From Mantamonas sphyraenae STR306 (lineage: Eukaryota > Protista > CRuMs): a stretch of 64,000 nucleotides of DNA. Shown in pieces: positions 10,601 to 22,805 of the stretch. Position 1 is the stretch's first letter. The number at the start of each line of letters is the position of its first letter. The position numbers and the translations under genes were made by a program. The notes beneath the pieces are model-generated. The model made no database searches, was not told where the DNA came from, and was given only the letters and a program-made list of their open reading frames with translations. The stretch spans positions 124,001 to 188,000 of the forward strand of contig JAPMXV010000046.1 of NCBI GenBank assembly GCA_026936335.1, in the 5' to 3' direction.

Positions 10601-13600
10601 ATGTCCGGCTCCCTCTTCAAGTTGCGCGACTGGTGGCGTGTCCAGTGCGGCTCAGAGGAAGAGTTTGACACAGGCTGCATGTGTGTCGCAAACATCGACA
10701 ACCACTCCAGTGGCGAGCCCAAGATCATCACCGGATCCTTCGACGGCGTCCTCCGAATCTACCACCCGCGCAACCGAGATGTCCCTGCAGAAGACCTCCT
10801 CCTCGAGGTCGACCTCCACATGCCCATCATCCAGCTTCTTGCAGGCCGTTTTGTCCCGTACGTCTCATTCCTGCCCGCCAACCTGCCTCCCCGCCGCCTT
10901 TGTCCCCTCCTTTTGGGCGCGTCTTGCCTCGCCCGCACCTATCCCTTCCTAACCCGCTTCCCCACCCTCCCTCCTTCCCCTCTCCACACAGAGGCTCCTC
11001 CAACCTTGCCCTCGCTGTCCTCCACCCGCGTCTCCTCTCCGTCTACTTTGTCGAGACCGTCAAGGGCAAGGCCGAACAGGTGAGTTTTGGCGCGTCCTGC
11101 ACACACGCCCCTCCCGCGTTTCCCTCGCCGTTGCCTCAGCACACCCTCCACACACCTCCATCCGTCTCCACTACATTCCATCGTTATCTCTCCACGCGCC
11201 ACCTGCCCTCTCTTTGCCCCTGGCCATCTCTGCTAACAACTGCGACGCTGATCCACAGGGGAACTACGTCGACTTTCAGCAACATCACCAGCACGAGCTT
11301 GCACGCGTTGCTTTCAACATGGTTGCCGGCCCCTTTGGCAAGGCAAACAACGAGGACTACCTCTGCGTCCAGTCCATGGACGGCTGCCTTTCCTTCTTCG
11401 AGCAGGGAACCCATGCCTTTGACCGTTTCCTTGCCAACTTCCTCCTCCCGGGCCCGCTCTGCTACATTGCAAAGACCGATTCCTTCATCACCGCCAATGC
11501 CCAGATGGAGGTCGAATCCTACAAGTACGCTTCCCCACCATGCCTCCCCACTCCCTGCCCGTGTACACGCCCCTCCTCACACACAACACCACGCCTCCCA
11601 CCCAGATATCAAGTTCTTGCCGCTGCCTCAGACTCCTCCACAGCCTCAGACACGTCTTCCTCCTCATCATCCTCCTCCTCCGACGATCTTGTTGCCTCCT
11701 CAGCCTCCTCCTCCTCCTCCACTGAAGGAAAGAAGGTCCAGCGCGATTGGTCCCTCGACATCGGCGAGATGGCGCTCCAAATCGTCAACGCAAAGTTCTC
11801 TCGCACCCTCACAGGCTCCCAGTCGGACATCCTCGTTCTTGGTGAACACACTCTCTTTGCCATCAGCGAGTCCGGCTCTGTCCGCCTCCAGAAACGCCTC
11901 GACTACCACCCGTCCTGCCTTGTCTCCTTCCCCTACATGGAGGACATCGGTGGCGCCAACGAGCACGTCATTATTGGAACTCACAACGACACCCTCATGA
12001 TCTACAAGGACATGGAACTCATCTGGTCCGCCACCACACAATTCTTCCCCGTCGCCATGCACGTCGCAACCTTTGGCGGCCTCCAAGGCCTCATTGCCTT
12101 TCTCGACGAGAACGGAGGTCTCGCCGTAAACTACCTCGGCACAGACCCCACCTCAAATCCCATCCACGTTCCGGAAACTCGCGAGCTCGACTACGACCAG
12201 CTCGAAGGCGAGCTCAAACAGTTCCAAAAGATTATCAAGCAATCCAACAGCTCCAAGCGCGCAGAACCCAGCGACCGCGTCGTCCTACGCGCACAGGAAA
12301 CCATTGCCATCCAGGACGACGACGACGACGACGACGACGGCATCATGGACCCGTCTCGCGCAAAGCTCCCCTCCGCAATCATCACCATCTTTGTTTCCTA
12401 CACAGGGCTCGACGACATCGACGACGTCACCCTCAACATCAACGTGCCCACGGGCTTCAACGTCGACCATGACACCGTTGTCGTCCCCAATCTCCGTGGC
12501 GGCGCAGACCCTCGCGCTGTGCCCTTTGTGTTTTCCGTCAGCGAGTCCGTCACACCCCAGAGTCTTCTCGTTGAGGTCGTCGCCAGCTACGTCAGCGCAA
12601 AGAACGAGCCACGCACTGCAACCTGCAATGTCCGCCTGCCCATGCTCACTGCCTGCCAGGTCGTCGCTCCCGTCCAGAACAAGCGCGCAAAGTTCACCCT
12701 CGACACAAACAGGCCTCCCATCTCTCTCGAAACCCTGTTTTCCGAGCTCGTCGAAGCAAACCCGGACGCAAGCAATTTCATTGGCGGCGGCGGCGTCATC
12801 ACCTTTCGCTTCCTCGCCGGTCCCGACGTCACTATTCTTGTCTCCAAGAGCAGCGGTCGCTATCGCATGCAGAGCAACTACTTTGAGGCCATGCGCCTTG
12901 TCGTCTCCGAATGGGACAGGCGCATCACAGACTTCTTCCAGCAGTCGGACCCTTCCGACGCTGAGCCGTTTGCCATCACCTACGGCGACGCAGACAAGGA
13001 CGACCTCCCCTACGACAAGTGGTTTCCGGCCATCTCGGCTCACTTTGACCTTCGTCTCAAGCAGCGCTCCCTCGCAGACTCTCTCGAAAACCTCACCCAC
13101 CAGTTCCGCATGATCCAGAAGCGCCTCCTCGTGCGCTACAAAGACAAGAACCCAACCAACATGGACAACCTCGATCTCCTCATGGAAACCACCTTCTTCC
13201 AGATCATGGAGACTGCAGACGCCATCACTGAACTCGACGCTTCCCTGGACCAGGCGCGCACCGTCCTCTCCCAATCCACAGACATGTTCCTCCTCCTCCT
13301 CAAGTACAAATGCCAGCTCGACGACGCAAACTACGCCGCCCTCCGCTCCCATCTCTGTCCCACCATCGATGAGGACGAGTCAATGGGCTGGGAGGAAGTC
13401 ACCGATGCCGGCGCCACTCATCTCCTCCGCACCGTCCTGGCCAAGAACGCAAAAGACCAGGCAACCCAAGCCCAGCCCATCCAGATGCCTCAAAGTCCAG
13501 ACAAGCTCCTCAAGCACCTCCATCTCATCTGCAAACGGCTCCAGGGCGGTCTCAGGCTCGTCCTCGACAGTAGCAGCAACGAGGAAGGCAGCAGCAGCAG

Positions 13601-13706
13601 CAGCAGCAGCAGCAAATCAAAGTCAAAGTCCGGTGGACGAAGCTCAAAGGCAAAAGAGTCGTCATCCAGCTCCGCCACTGCCTCATCCTCCTCTTTGGCT
13701 GGATGA
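10601..13706 (+). CDS. BBS9: BBSome subunit BBS9 (PTHB1), multi-exon
   Basis: MSGSLFKLRDWW, CVANIDN, IITGSFDGVLRIY, LCVQSMDG, FLLPGPLCY, YLGTDP, SKSSGRYRMQS, QFRMIQKRLLVRYKDKNP and GWEE are PTHB1 hallmark motifs. Confidence 0.95.
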
Positions 13707-13745
13707 GCCGCCGCGGTCCCACGAACAAAACAAAAACCCACTGCC

Positions 13746-16700
13746 ATGCCGAACCCAGTCACCAGAACGGCTTCAGCCATCTACGAAGTGATTACCAATC
13801 GCTTCAAGGAAGTCTTCTTTGGTGAAGCCAAGGACGAAATCGACATCTTTCTTGCCTTCAAGAACAAAGACCAGGAGCGCGAGTTTCTCGACGACTTTGT
13901 CTATGTCAAGAACAGGCGCACGCTGTCCCTCGTCTCGGTCCTGGCTGGCATCACTGGCTTTGCCTTTGTGTACACCGACTTTCGATACTCTGGCTTTGCC
14001 TTTTGGTACAGCATCGTTGTCCGCATGCTTGTCATGACCCCGTACTTCCTCATCTGTGCTGGCATCGCCTACAGTTCAGACAGGCTCGCCAAGAAGTACA
14101 TCACCCACATGCAGCTCATCGGCTACGTCGTCGTCATCACCGTCCACTACAGCATCTTTGTCGCGCGCGTAAGTTCCCCTTACCACCGCACCTTCCTAGT
14201 TTGGACAACACCCATACTCCATCCATGGCCTCCACCACATGCCCCCCTCCCACACCCCGCTTCCTTGCATCCTTTCTCCTCGCCCCACGCCATCCAATCC
14301 TCCCCGATCCCTTCCCTCCGCCCCAAGAGCCCTCCCGCAAGAGCCTGACTCGGCGTGTGTCCGTTTGCCCCCATTTCCAGGACCAAATCAAAGAACCCTA
14401 CCCGTCCTTCTGGTTAGGCTGCTTCTGCATGTACAGTAGCCTTGCGCCGGGCTTTCGCAGAGTCACCTCACTTGTGTCGGCTCTCTTTGTCATCAACTCC
14501 CTCATGACCCTCGCGGCAGAGCTTTCCCTACGCGGAACCCTCACCGTCAACTATGCAAACATCCTCCTCACCAATGCTGCCAACCACGCCGCCGGTCTTT
14601 GGGCTGTCTACGTCCTTGAAGTCCATCAACGCAAAGAGTACCTCTATCTCGTCCGCGCACGTACCGTCTCCTACAAGCTCCAGAGCGCTCGCTACAAGCT
14701 CGCCAAGCTTGCCTTTGGCACAGACATGGCTCGTCTCCTTCGCATCAACGCAGACGCAGATGCTTCCTTCCGTGCCCAGATGCCCGTCATGAGCATCATG
14801 GTTATCGAGGAAAACCTCCCACAGGACATGCGCATTGCAGACTTGGTACGCTTCGCTCTCTCTCTGTCCCCTACGCCATTCCTTCACTTTTCCCTTTTTC
14901 CCCCACCCATTCCACCTCCCATAACTCCATAACTGACCCCAACCCCCTCACAGCGTCATATTCTCAGCATCTACGGCAGCCAAGCGGAGCTTCCGTGCGC
15001 TGCCTGGGACATCCATGGCGAGTACCACCTCCAACTCGCCCCACTCCAGCTTGTCTTTGCTGCTGCCGACCACAAACCTCCCCCCGAGGACCAGATGCTT
15101 GCCTCCATGCTGAAACTCGCCGCTGCCATTCACGCCCGTTTCGGCGACGCCGTCCTTATCAACATTGCACACGGCTTTGGCCTCAAGGCTGTGTTCAACC
15201 AGTCCCAGATTGGCCTTGGCTCCCTCTGTGGCGACGCTCAGGTCATTTCCACCCAGCTTGCCGCACGCAGCTATGAAAACACTGTTGCCGGCAAGACCGG
15301 CTGGTCTCCCCTTCCCCGTGTCTACTCCGCCACTCCGCTTCCGTCCTCCCTGGACGAGCTGCTCGCCCGGGACAACCTTGTCGTGCGTGAAGACGTCCAT
15401 TTCAACGAAACCGAACAGCTCTCCCTTCCCGGCAGCGCATTTGCCCTCCAGGATCCCCAAGACCCCGAGGCCTTCCTTGAACCCTTCATCGAGCTCGAGG
15501 CCGCCGAGCACACATCACACGGCACCTCACGCCGTGCAGAGAGTATCTATTTGCGCACCATCTCCGTCCAACAGCTCGAGACTGACGTCGAGAGCCGCTT
15601 CAGCTTTGCTGACGTTCTTGAGAAAGTGCGCACGCCCCGCACACGCACAGGCGACTTTGCAAACCGCGAACTCCAGGCAGAGTATGCCGCGCGTCTGTCC
15701 ACTCAGTTCTCTGGCTCCGTGCAGCTTGTCCTCATGGTCCTCTTTGGCTCGTATGTGATCCTCGCCCTCCGCGAAATCTTTGACTCCGACAACACCAACT
15801 ACCAGCTCGTGTACACCATGCGCATCGGAGTCAGCGTGCCCCTTTTCACAGCCATGTTTGTCCTCCTCGGCTCAGACCTCGCCAAGCGACGCATGCAGCT
15901 TATCATGGCCATCTGCGCCGGACTCATGATCACAAACAGCATCATCACAGGCATCTTCACAGAGGAACGCCTCCTCCGAGGCAATGTCATGCTCCTCATG
16001 AAGAACTTTATGTACGCAACCAACAGTTTCTACCTCAGCAGCTTCGCACAGCTATGCGTGCTCGCCATCACCTCCATTCTGTTCTACCTCACCATTCCTC
16101 TGCAGACCGGTCTCAGCTCCTGGTTTTTGGAGGTAACCTTTATTGTCATTGTTGCCCTCGCCACAGGCGTGCGCCTCGAAGGCGTCCTCCGATCTCGTTT
16201 CCTCGTTGCTCGCCTCACCGAGCGCGAGCAACTCCTCCTCGACACTGTCGAGTCTGCGGTTTCTCACGAACGCGACACCATCAAAGGCGGGTCCGATACC
16301 CTCAAGGGTGTCACCATGGTCCTCTACTTTAGCCTCCTCAGCGAGGCCAGCCCTGCCGTGCGCAAAAAAACATCCAAGGCCAGTACGACCAGGGAACCGC
16401 ACTCCTCGACAAGGACAGCCTCAAACGACTGTTCCCTGAGTCAAACACAGAACGCAGCGTCAACAGCATCCACCAGGCTCTCGTCGAAGTCATCGAAGCC
16501 ATTGCAGATCTGCCCGACGTCGCCATCTTTGTCAACAGCGACAACTCCTTCTTCATTACCTTCACCTCCGACCACACCACCGCGAAAGGTTTCATTGCTG
16601 ATCGCAGCAAGTCCAGTCAGCCCCTTGCCGTCATCCAGCGAGTCCGATCCGTTTTTGAAGGCATCGAAAACCCAGAGCTTAGACCCATCGCATCTATGGT

Positions 16701-18549
16701 TGCCTGGGATGGCAACGCTTCAGATTCTTCCGACGACGATGTGCCCGTCCTCAGCTCCCTTATGATGGAGGCCGTGGTAGCCTCTGCCAGGCCGACGTGG
16801 AACCACAGCACCATCGACTTTATCCGTGTGGCTCCGTCAGGTCTTCGCCTCATCCGCTCCGTCCTCAACATCGAAGAAGCACCGCTGCCAATGCCATTGG
16901 GTGAGCAGGATAATCTCCATGAGCACGATCAGCATGGTGCAGACAGCGGCGTGGGCGTTGCTGACCTTGAGATGGTGCAGCTGCAGCATTCCAACGCCAG
17001 CAGCGGCCAAAGCGGAAGCAGCACCCGGTCTCCGCCACCTCTCAAGCGTACTCCGTCTGCACGCAACCAGCTCTCCGTCAAGAAGCAGCTCTCGTACACA
17101 CAGCTCGAGCGCGAGCGCACGGCTGCTGCACTCGCCTCATTCCTCAACCACGCCGGCAGCATCCAAGACCAGGCCAAAATGGTCAGCTTTCTCTCGGGCG
17201 AAGGATACAAGGCGCTTCTGTGGCCTTTCAAGCGCACCTTTCGCGACCCAGAGATGGAAAAGGACTTTCGAGCCTTTCACTTTTCGCACAACAAGAATGT
17301 CAAGCGCATCTGCACAATCATGTTCATGATTGGCCACATTGTGTACATGACTCTCGACACTATTGAGGGTCTGCATTCCCCAGAGTCGTTCCTACTGTAC
17401 CTCCTTATGCGTGTGGTCATCTGGACTGTCTGCATCGCCTACTTGTGCATCAGCTACACCAAGGAACACTTTCCCAAATGGGCAGACACATACGACATCA
17501 TCATGTACTCCATGGTCGTACTCGTCTCGGTCGTCTTTCTCTTCACAGACAACGGCATCATCTTTGGCTCGTTCCCGTCCGTCACGCTCAATTCCACCTT
17601 GTTCCTAGCAAACTACGCCATGGGACTGGTGTTTATCGATTCGGTCGTCTCCACCTCGGTGGGCATGTTCCTACAGGCCCTCATTTACATCCTGTACCCG
17701 AAGAACAGCCAGCTGACGGTCATTTGGATATTTGCTGGTCCCGTCGCCTCGCTCTTCCTCTGCCTCCTCTCCAGCAAGTACATGGACGACCTCCACCGCC
17801 GCTACTACCTCTCCTTCCGCTTCTATCTCAACACACACTCCCAGGCAGAAACCAAATCGGACGACAAGTACCACCTGGCCAACATTTGGCACCGTTTCCC
17901 GTACTCGCGTTGGAAGGGCTTCGAGGTGGCGGAACTCGAGGAGCAATACCGTAGGTTCTTCCTCGAGCGCAACGTCCTCACCGCACGAGTGGTCATCTAT
18001 GCCGTCGCTGCCGTGCCCATCAGCTTCAGCGTGTTTGATTGCTGGTTCCTGGGCCCGGAAAACCTCGATGTGTTCCGGCAAACCGTCCTCCTGCGCGTCC
18101 TGATGATTGCGCCAGCCTTTGCAGTCATGTACGGCCTCACCATCTTCAAGGGCTTCAGTCGTCTGTACGAAAGGAGCATGCTTGTGTACAGTTTGGTCGT
18201 CACCGTGTGTGTGCTCATTGTCACCACCATTGTCTTCCCCTACTTTGTCCCGGAGAACTTTGACACCTTTCCGTACAGTATGACCTTCCTCCTCCTCTCC
18301 GGTCTCATCTCGGGCCTTGCCGGCCTTCCTGTGCGCTACTCGCTCGCCTACTACTTTGTGCTGTTGACCTATGTCTTTGTCATGGGTCTCACCACCATGT
18401 TCCGGGCCATTGTCCTCCTCGTCGTCGTCTTTGCTGCCGTCATCTTCAAGTTTGAGCGTCAGCGCCGCAAGTTGTTCATCCTCACCTATCTGCTGCAACA
18501 ATCCACGGCAGCCTTGCAAGAGTCTGGCAACGATCGGATTGCGTCGTGA
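13746..18549 (+). CDS. Large polytopic membrane protein with four adenylyl-cyclase-like TM modules and degenerate cytosolic domains, 2 introns and 1 frameshift
   Basis: Four F-x-D/N-x-E-x-E-x-x-F/Y motifs each precede a multi-TM block. Introns ~14169-14380 and ~14846-14953. The frame shifts at the A7 run 16364-16370 and continues into ORF 16696-18549. Confidence 0.6.
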
Positions 18550-18614
18550 GCACACACAATCACACCCGCTTGTTTCCAACAACAACTCTTTCATTGCCAA
18601 TTTGCAGTTTGCCA

Positions 18615-21600
18615 TCACTCGTTGTCGACCTCTTCCGCCTCCACCTCCTCTGTGGTCACGTCATGTTCGTCGTTGTCGTACGAGTCATCCTGTGCGCCTC
18701 CACGGCCACGACGCACATCCTCGGTGGCCGGAGTGGGTGCTGTAACGTGAAGCAGCGGCGTAAACGCAGTGTCTGCCAGTGTGGTGCCTGGGGTGACCAC
18801 GTTCAGATGCTGCCCGCGCCCAGCGCCACCCACTGACAGGCCTCCCTGCTGCGGAGGCGACTGCACAGAGTAGTCCACACTGACGTTGTAATGGTCAGTC
18901 CACGACTTGGCGGACGGTGTGCCCAGCATCGCCTCCGCGACACCGTTGTTCTCGCGTCCGCTGCTGAAGAGCGCTGTCGGCCGCACCTGCGGTCCGTTGC
19001 TGCTGGTCGTACCACCAGCCAGCCCTCCACCGCCACTGGCCATGTTGCTCTTGCTGCCACTTCCCAGTGCGCCAAACCCGACGGCTTGCTGCACGTGGAT
19101 GGCATTCAGAAACTGCCGTTGCCCAGAAATGTTCTCGCTGGCCTCCTGTCGCTCCCTGCTCAGCATGGCCATCTCTCGTTGAATGCTGTTCAGGCTGCTG
19201 TTGCTGCCGTTGCTGTGCTCGCTGGCCCCACTGCCACTGTGCGCAGACGCACGCGAACGGTCCAACCCCGTGCTAGCAGCCTGCTTGCTTGCAGATTGCA
19301 CACGACTCACCGCAGCTGCACGATACGACGACGCCGGCCCAACGTTGCTTCGACGCGGTGTGCCTGCGCCTCCCTGCCACGGCGATGCCGTCGACATGGC
19401 GGCGGCTCCCGTGCGCACTGTGCGCTGCGGTGTGCTCAGTACCTGATGAAGGCCTCCAGGGCTGCGCAACGCACGTGCCACCTCCACTGCACTCTGGTAC
19501 GCCGTGTGTTCTCTCTTGATGTCCCCTGGCAATTGCTCAGAGGCCTGTGTTCCACCACTCGCCACGCCACCGCCGCTGCTTGCGTTGCCTTGGGGCCACG
19601 GCGAATACGGTCCACTGGTGCTTCCACCCGCTGCCCCACTGGGAGAGTACAGCTGCTGCTGTGCCCCACGGATCTGGTCCGCTGCCGCGTATCGGCTCAC
19701 CTTGTCCTGCGTCCACTCCTTGCGCTCCTTGGCAATCTCCAGACGTTCGGCCTCGATGGCCTTGCGTGCCTGCTTGAGACCGTCCATCTGCTCCTGCACA
19801 CTCATGCGTCGAAAGTTCAACTCCTTGTTCAGTGTGCTCACCTCGGCCTTGACCATTTCGATGCGCATCCGCTCCTCCACCTTCTTGTCCAATGCCTTGG
19901 TCAGCTCCGCCGACTTGGCTTCGATCTCCTGGCCCAATTCCATCAGCTCCTCCTTCTTTGCGTTCAACTCTTCCCTTTCCTTCTCCAGTCCCAATCGGTC
20001 CTTCCTGTACCCTTTCACGTCCAGCTCCAGCGCATGCTCCGCACTCGCCAGCTCCCGTTTCTTCTTGTCCAGCTCGTCCCGTTCCTTCTCCAACTCATCC
20101 TTCATGTCCTGCAACTTGCGATACTCTGCCGTTTGTAGCTTCGCCCACTCCTTCTTCTCTTCGTTCAGCACCTCCTGCTCCTTGGCAATCTTGCGTGCCT
20201 CCCGCTCCTTGTGTGCCGCCCACTCCTGCTGCTCCCTGTGCCTCGTCTCCTGGCTTTCTGCCACCAGTCGCTTCTCGTCCGCCAGAGTTTCCATGGACAC
20301 TTTTCGTTCAACTTCGGCCTGCCTCTGCTGCGCAGCCAGACGTCCATGTTCCTGCTCCAACCGCCTGCGTTCCGCCTCGTACGACTGTGCCTGGGATTCC
20401 ATCGTCTCGCGCATGTCATGCACCATGCTCTGCACTTGCGCACGTTCTTCGTCCAGCGATCGCAGCTGCGCTTCCAGCTTGCGCTCCAGCTCCTGCAAGT
20501 GCTGCTCCCGCCTGCTCGTGTCCATTTCCTTTGTCTGGGCCACCACCGATCGCTCGTTTGCAATCGTCCCTGCAATTTGCTCAACGCTGTTGCTCGTTGC
20601 CGCCAGTTTCTGCATCATCTCGTTGAACGACTGGTTCGTCTTGACCGACTTTTCCATTGCCGCCAGGTCCTCCGCGTACGCCTTCTGCCTGTGTTCCATC
20701 TCTCGTGCGTGCATCTCTCGCAGACTCGTCAGTTCGTCCTGGTGCATCTTGGTCATGTGCTCCAGCGTGTCCCTCCACTTTTGCTCCAGCCGCTTCTCCG
20801 AGTCTGCCCGCTGTGCCACCGTGTCCCTGTGCCGCTCTTCGTACTCCGCCTTCAGTCGCTTGGCCTCCTCAACATAGCTTTCCTTCATCTTGCGTCGTTC
20901 GCTGTCCATCAATTCCACCTTGGCGTTGTACTCCCGCGCCGCCAGCTTTGCATCCTGCTCCACTGCCTTGATGCGCTCCTCGTACATGCTCTTCTGCGAC
21001 GCCAGCCTGTCCTTGTAGTGACGCTCCTTCTCCGCCAGCTCATCTTGAGCCAGCGAGTTGGCGCGTGTCAACTCGCTGATCCGCTGCATGCACTGTTCCA
21101 ACTGGCCCACCAGCCCCTCGATGCGCTCCGTGTTGCCCGCTCCCGCGCCTGCCCCGCCGGCTGTGGTAGCAAAGCGGGTGTGCTTGAACCCACTCGCTCC
21201 CAGCGGCGCCGTAGCCGTGCCTCCGTGCTGCGTGCGCAGAGTCGAGTTCAGGAACGATTCGTCGGAAAAGTCGTCCGAGTCGCCGTGGCTGGACGAATGG
21301 TGCTTGCTGCCGCTCATGGACGAGGAGAACGTCGTATCTGATGCTCCTCCCTTGCGAGCCAGTTCCTGCCTGCGCTCCTCCAACACCTCCCGCATGTACG
21401 GCAGGTTCGGATGCTCGTGGATCGTTTCCTGCGTGGCCATGTTGTAGTAGCTCCCGTTGCCCTGCTCCACCCACGGCTTCTCCACCTTGTCGTGCATCTC
21501 TGCCGCCGTTTGTGCAACCACCAGCAACCCTCGATCTCGCTCGCTGCTCGGATCCAGCTGCAGCCAGCGCATCCACACCTCCACACGCGACCTCTTCTTG

Positions 21601-22805
21601 GCCGGCAAATCCTTCCACGAGTCTTCCGACGACGCCGGCGACGCTTCTCCTCGTTGTGGGGTGCCGTGTTGCAGGCCCACTGTGTTGTTGTTTGTCCCCT
21701 GCGGTGTGGCTGTGCTGTTGGTGCCAAACTGCTTGCTGATGCGTTCGTTGTACTCCTCCACCGTCTCCGAGTCCACCGCCGGTCGTACAGGCGTCGTGGG
21801 CGTCATGGCTGTGCTCGACGCACTTCCAATCTTTTCCAGCGCCGTCGATGTCCGGTCGCTGCCCCTCGCTGGCACATCCACCTTCAGGTCGTTCACCGTC
21901 ATTTCCTTGTCAGACTTGCGGCTGCCCGTTTCGTCGTCCTTGTTGCTGCTGCTGCTGCTGCTGACGATGCCTTGGTTCTCTGCTGTGTTGCGTGCTGTCT
22001 CTCCTGTGTCCTCACCTGCATTGTTCCCTGTGCGGGTGCCTGTCGCTCCCTCACCACCACCAAGAAACAGGCTTTGCATCTTGTCGCTGTTGATGTTTGC
22101 TCCTGCCGTGCTGGGCCGCGATGGCGTCGAGCTGAATGACGAGTAGGAGCTTGCAAACGATGGAGCTGTGTGTGGCGTTGTCGGTGGTGCCCCGTCTGCG
22201 TCTCTGTTGGCTGTGTCTCCCGTCCTTCGTGCCTCCTCCGCTCCCGCCGTCGCTCCTCCACTTCGCCCGGGCGTCCCTTCGTCGTTGTCATCACCAAACA
22301 GGTCGTCCATGTCGTCGTCGTCCAAGCCGAATCCCCAATCGTCTTCCTCGTCCACCTCTCCGGATCCCTGAGGCGTCACTGTGGGCAAGGGCCCGTTGCC
22401 GCCGCCTGCAGTCCCCGCACTCCCCGGCCCTTCGCTCACGCTGCCCCTCACCGCCCGTCGTCCGCTTCGCGGTTGCCTGTTGGCTGCTCGCGATGGCGCA
22501 AAGTCGAATGCCAGGTCGTCGTCGTCCGAGTCGTCGTCCGGGTTCCCGTTCAGCAGACGGCTGTCCACGGTCAACTTGCCGCTGCCGACGCCGCCGCCGC
22601 CGCCCGACGCACTTGTCGTCGTCGCCGTCGTCGTCGTTGTTGTTTCTGCGTTCCCTGCGTTGTTGGTGTTGTTGCCCCCTGCCGTGGCTGTGTTTCCTGC
22701 CGCTGCGTTGGTCGTAGCGCCACCGGTGCGTGCACCCCGTTGCTCGTTTGGCCCAGTGGAGAACTCAAACGACGAGTCGAAATCGTCCGACCACGTCTCG
22801 TCCAA
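18615..22805 (-). CDS. Ciliary transition-fibre protein FBF1-like with a CEP164-type WW module (5' exon unresolved)
   Basis: The coiled-coil block SFNEMMQKLAATSNSVEQI...RREQHLQELERKL..LDEERAQVQSMV..ME.....EAERRRL resembles the FBF1 C-terminal domain. RWLQLDP..DRGLLVVAQ...WVEQGNGSYYNMATQETIHEHP resembles the CEP164 N-terminal WW domain. Confidence 0.65.
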   Translation of the reverse strand: MDETWSDDFDSSFEFSTGPNEQRGARTGGATTNAAAGNTATAGGNNTNNAGNAETTTTTTATTTSASGGGGGVGSGKLTVDSRLLNGNPDDDSDDDDLAFDFAPSRAANRQPRSGRRAVRGSVSEGPGSAGTAGGGNGPLPTVTPQGSGEVDEEDDWGFGLDDDDMDDLFGDDNDEGTPGRSGGATAGAEEARRTGDTANRDADGAPPTTPHTAPSFASSYSSFSSTPSRPSTAGANINSDKMQSLFLGGGEGATGTRTGNNAGEDTGETARNTAENQGIVSSSSSSNKDDETGSRKSDKEMTVNDLKVDVPARGSDRTSTALEKIGSASSTAMTPTTPVRPAVDSETVEEYNERISKQFGTNSTATPQGTNNNTVGLQHGTPQRGEASPASSEDSWKDLPAKKRSRVEVWMRWLQLDPSSERDRGLLVVAQTAAEMHDKVEKPWVEQGNGSYYNMATQETIHEHPNLPYMREVLEERRQELARKGGASDTTFSSSMSGSKHHSSSHGDSDDFSDESFLNSTLRTQHGGTATAPLGASGFKHTRFATTAGGAGAGAGNTERIEGLVGQLEQCMQRISELTRANSLAQDELAEKERHYKDRLASQKSMYEERIKAVEQDAKLAAREYNAKVELMDSERRKMKESYVEEAKRLKAEYEERHRDTVAQRADSEKRLEQKWRDTLEHMTKMHQDELTSLREMHAREMEHRQKAYAEDLAAMEKSVKTNQSFNEMMQKLAATSNSVEQIAGTIANERSVVAQTKEMDTSRREQHLQELERKLEAQLRSLDEERAQVQSMVHDMRETMESQAQSYEAERRRLEQEHGRLAAQQRQAEVERKVSMETLADEKRLVAESQETRHREQQEWAAHKEREARKIAKEQEVLNEEKKEWAKLQTAEYRKLQDMKDELEKERDELDKKKRELASAEHALELDVKGYRKDRLGLEKEREELNAKKEELMELGQEIEAKSAELTKALDKKVEERMRIEMVKAEVSTLNKELNFRRMSVQEQMDGLKQARKAIEAERLEIAKERKEWTQDKVSRYAAADQIRGAQQQLYSPSGAAGGSTSGPYSPWPQGNASSGGGVASGGTQASEQLPGDIKREHTAYQSAVEVARALRSPGGLHQVLSTPQRTVRTGAAAMSTASPWQGGAGTPRRSNVGPASSYRAAAVSRVQSASKQAASTGLDRSRASAHSGSGASEHSNGSNSSLNSIQREMAMLSRERQEASENISGQRQFLNAIHVQQAVGFGALGSGSKSNMASGGGGLAGGTTSSNGPQVRPTALFSSGRENNGVAEAMLGTPSAKSWTDHYNVSVDYSVQSPPQQGGLSVGGAGRGQHLNVVTPGTTLADTAFTPLLHVTAPTPATEDVRRGRGGAQDDSYDNDEHDVTTEEVEAEEVDNE

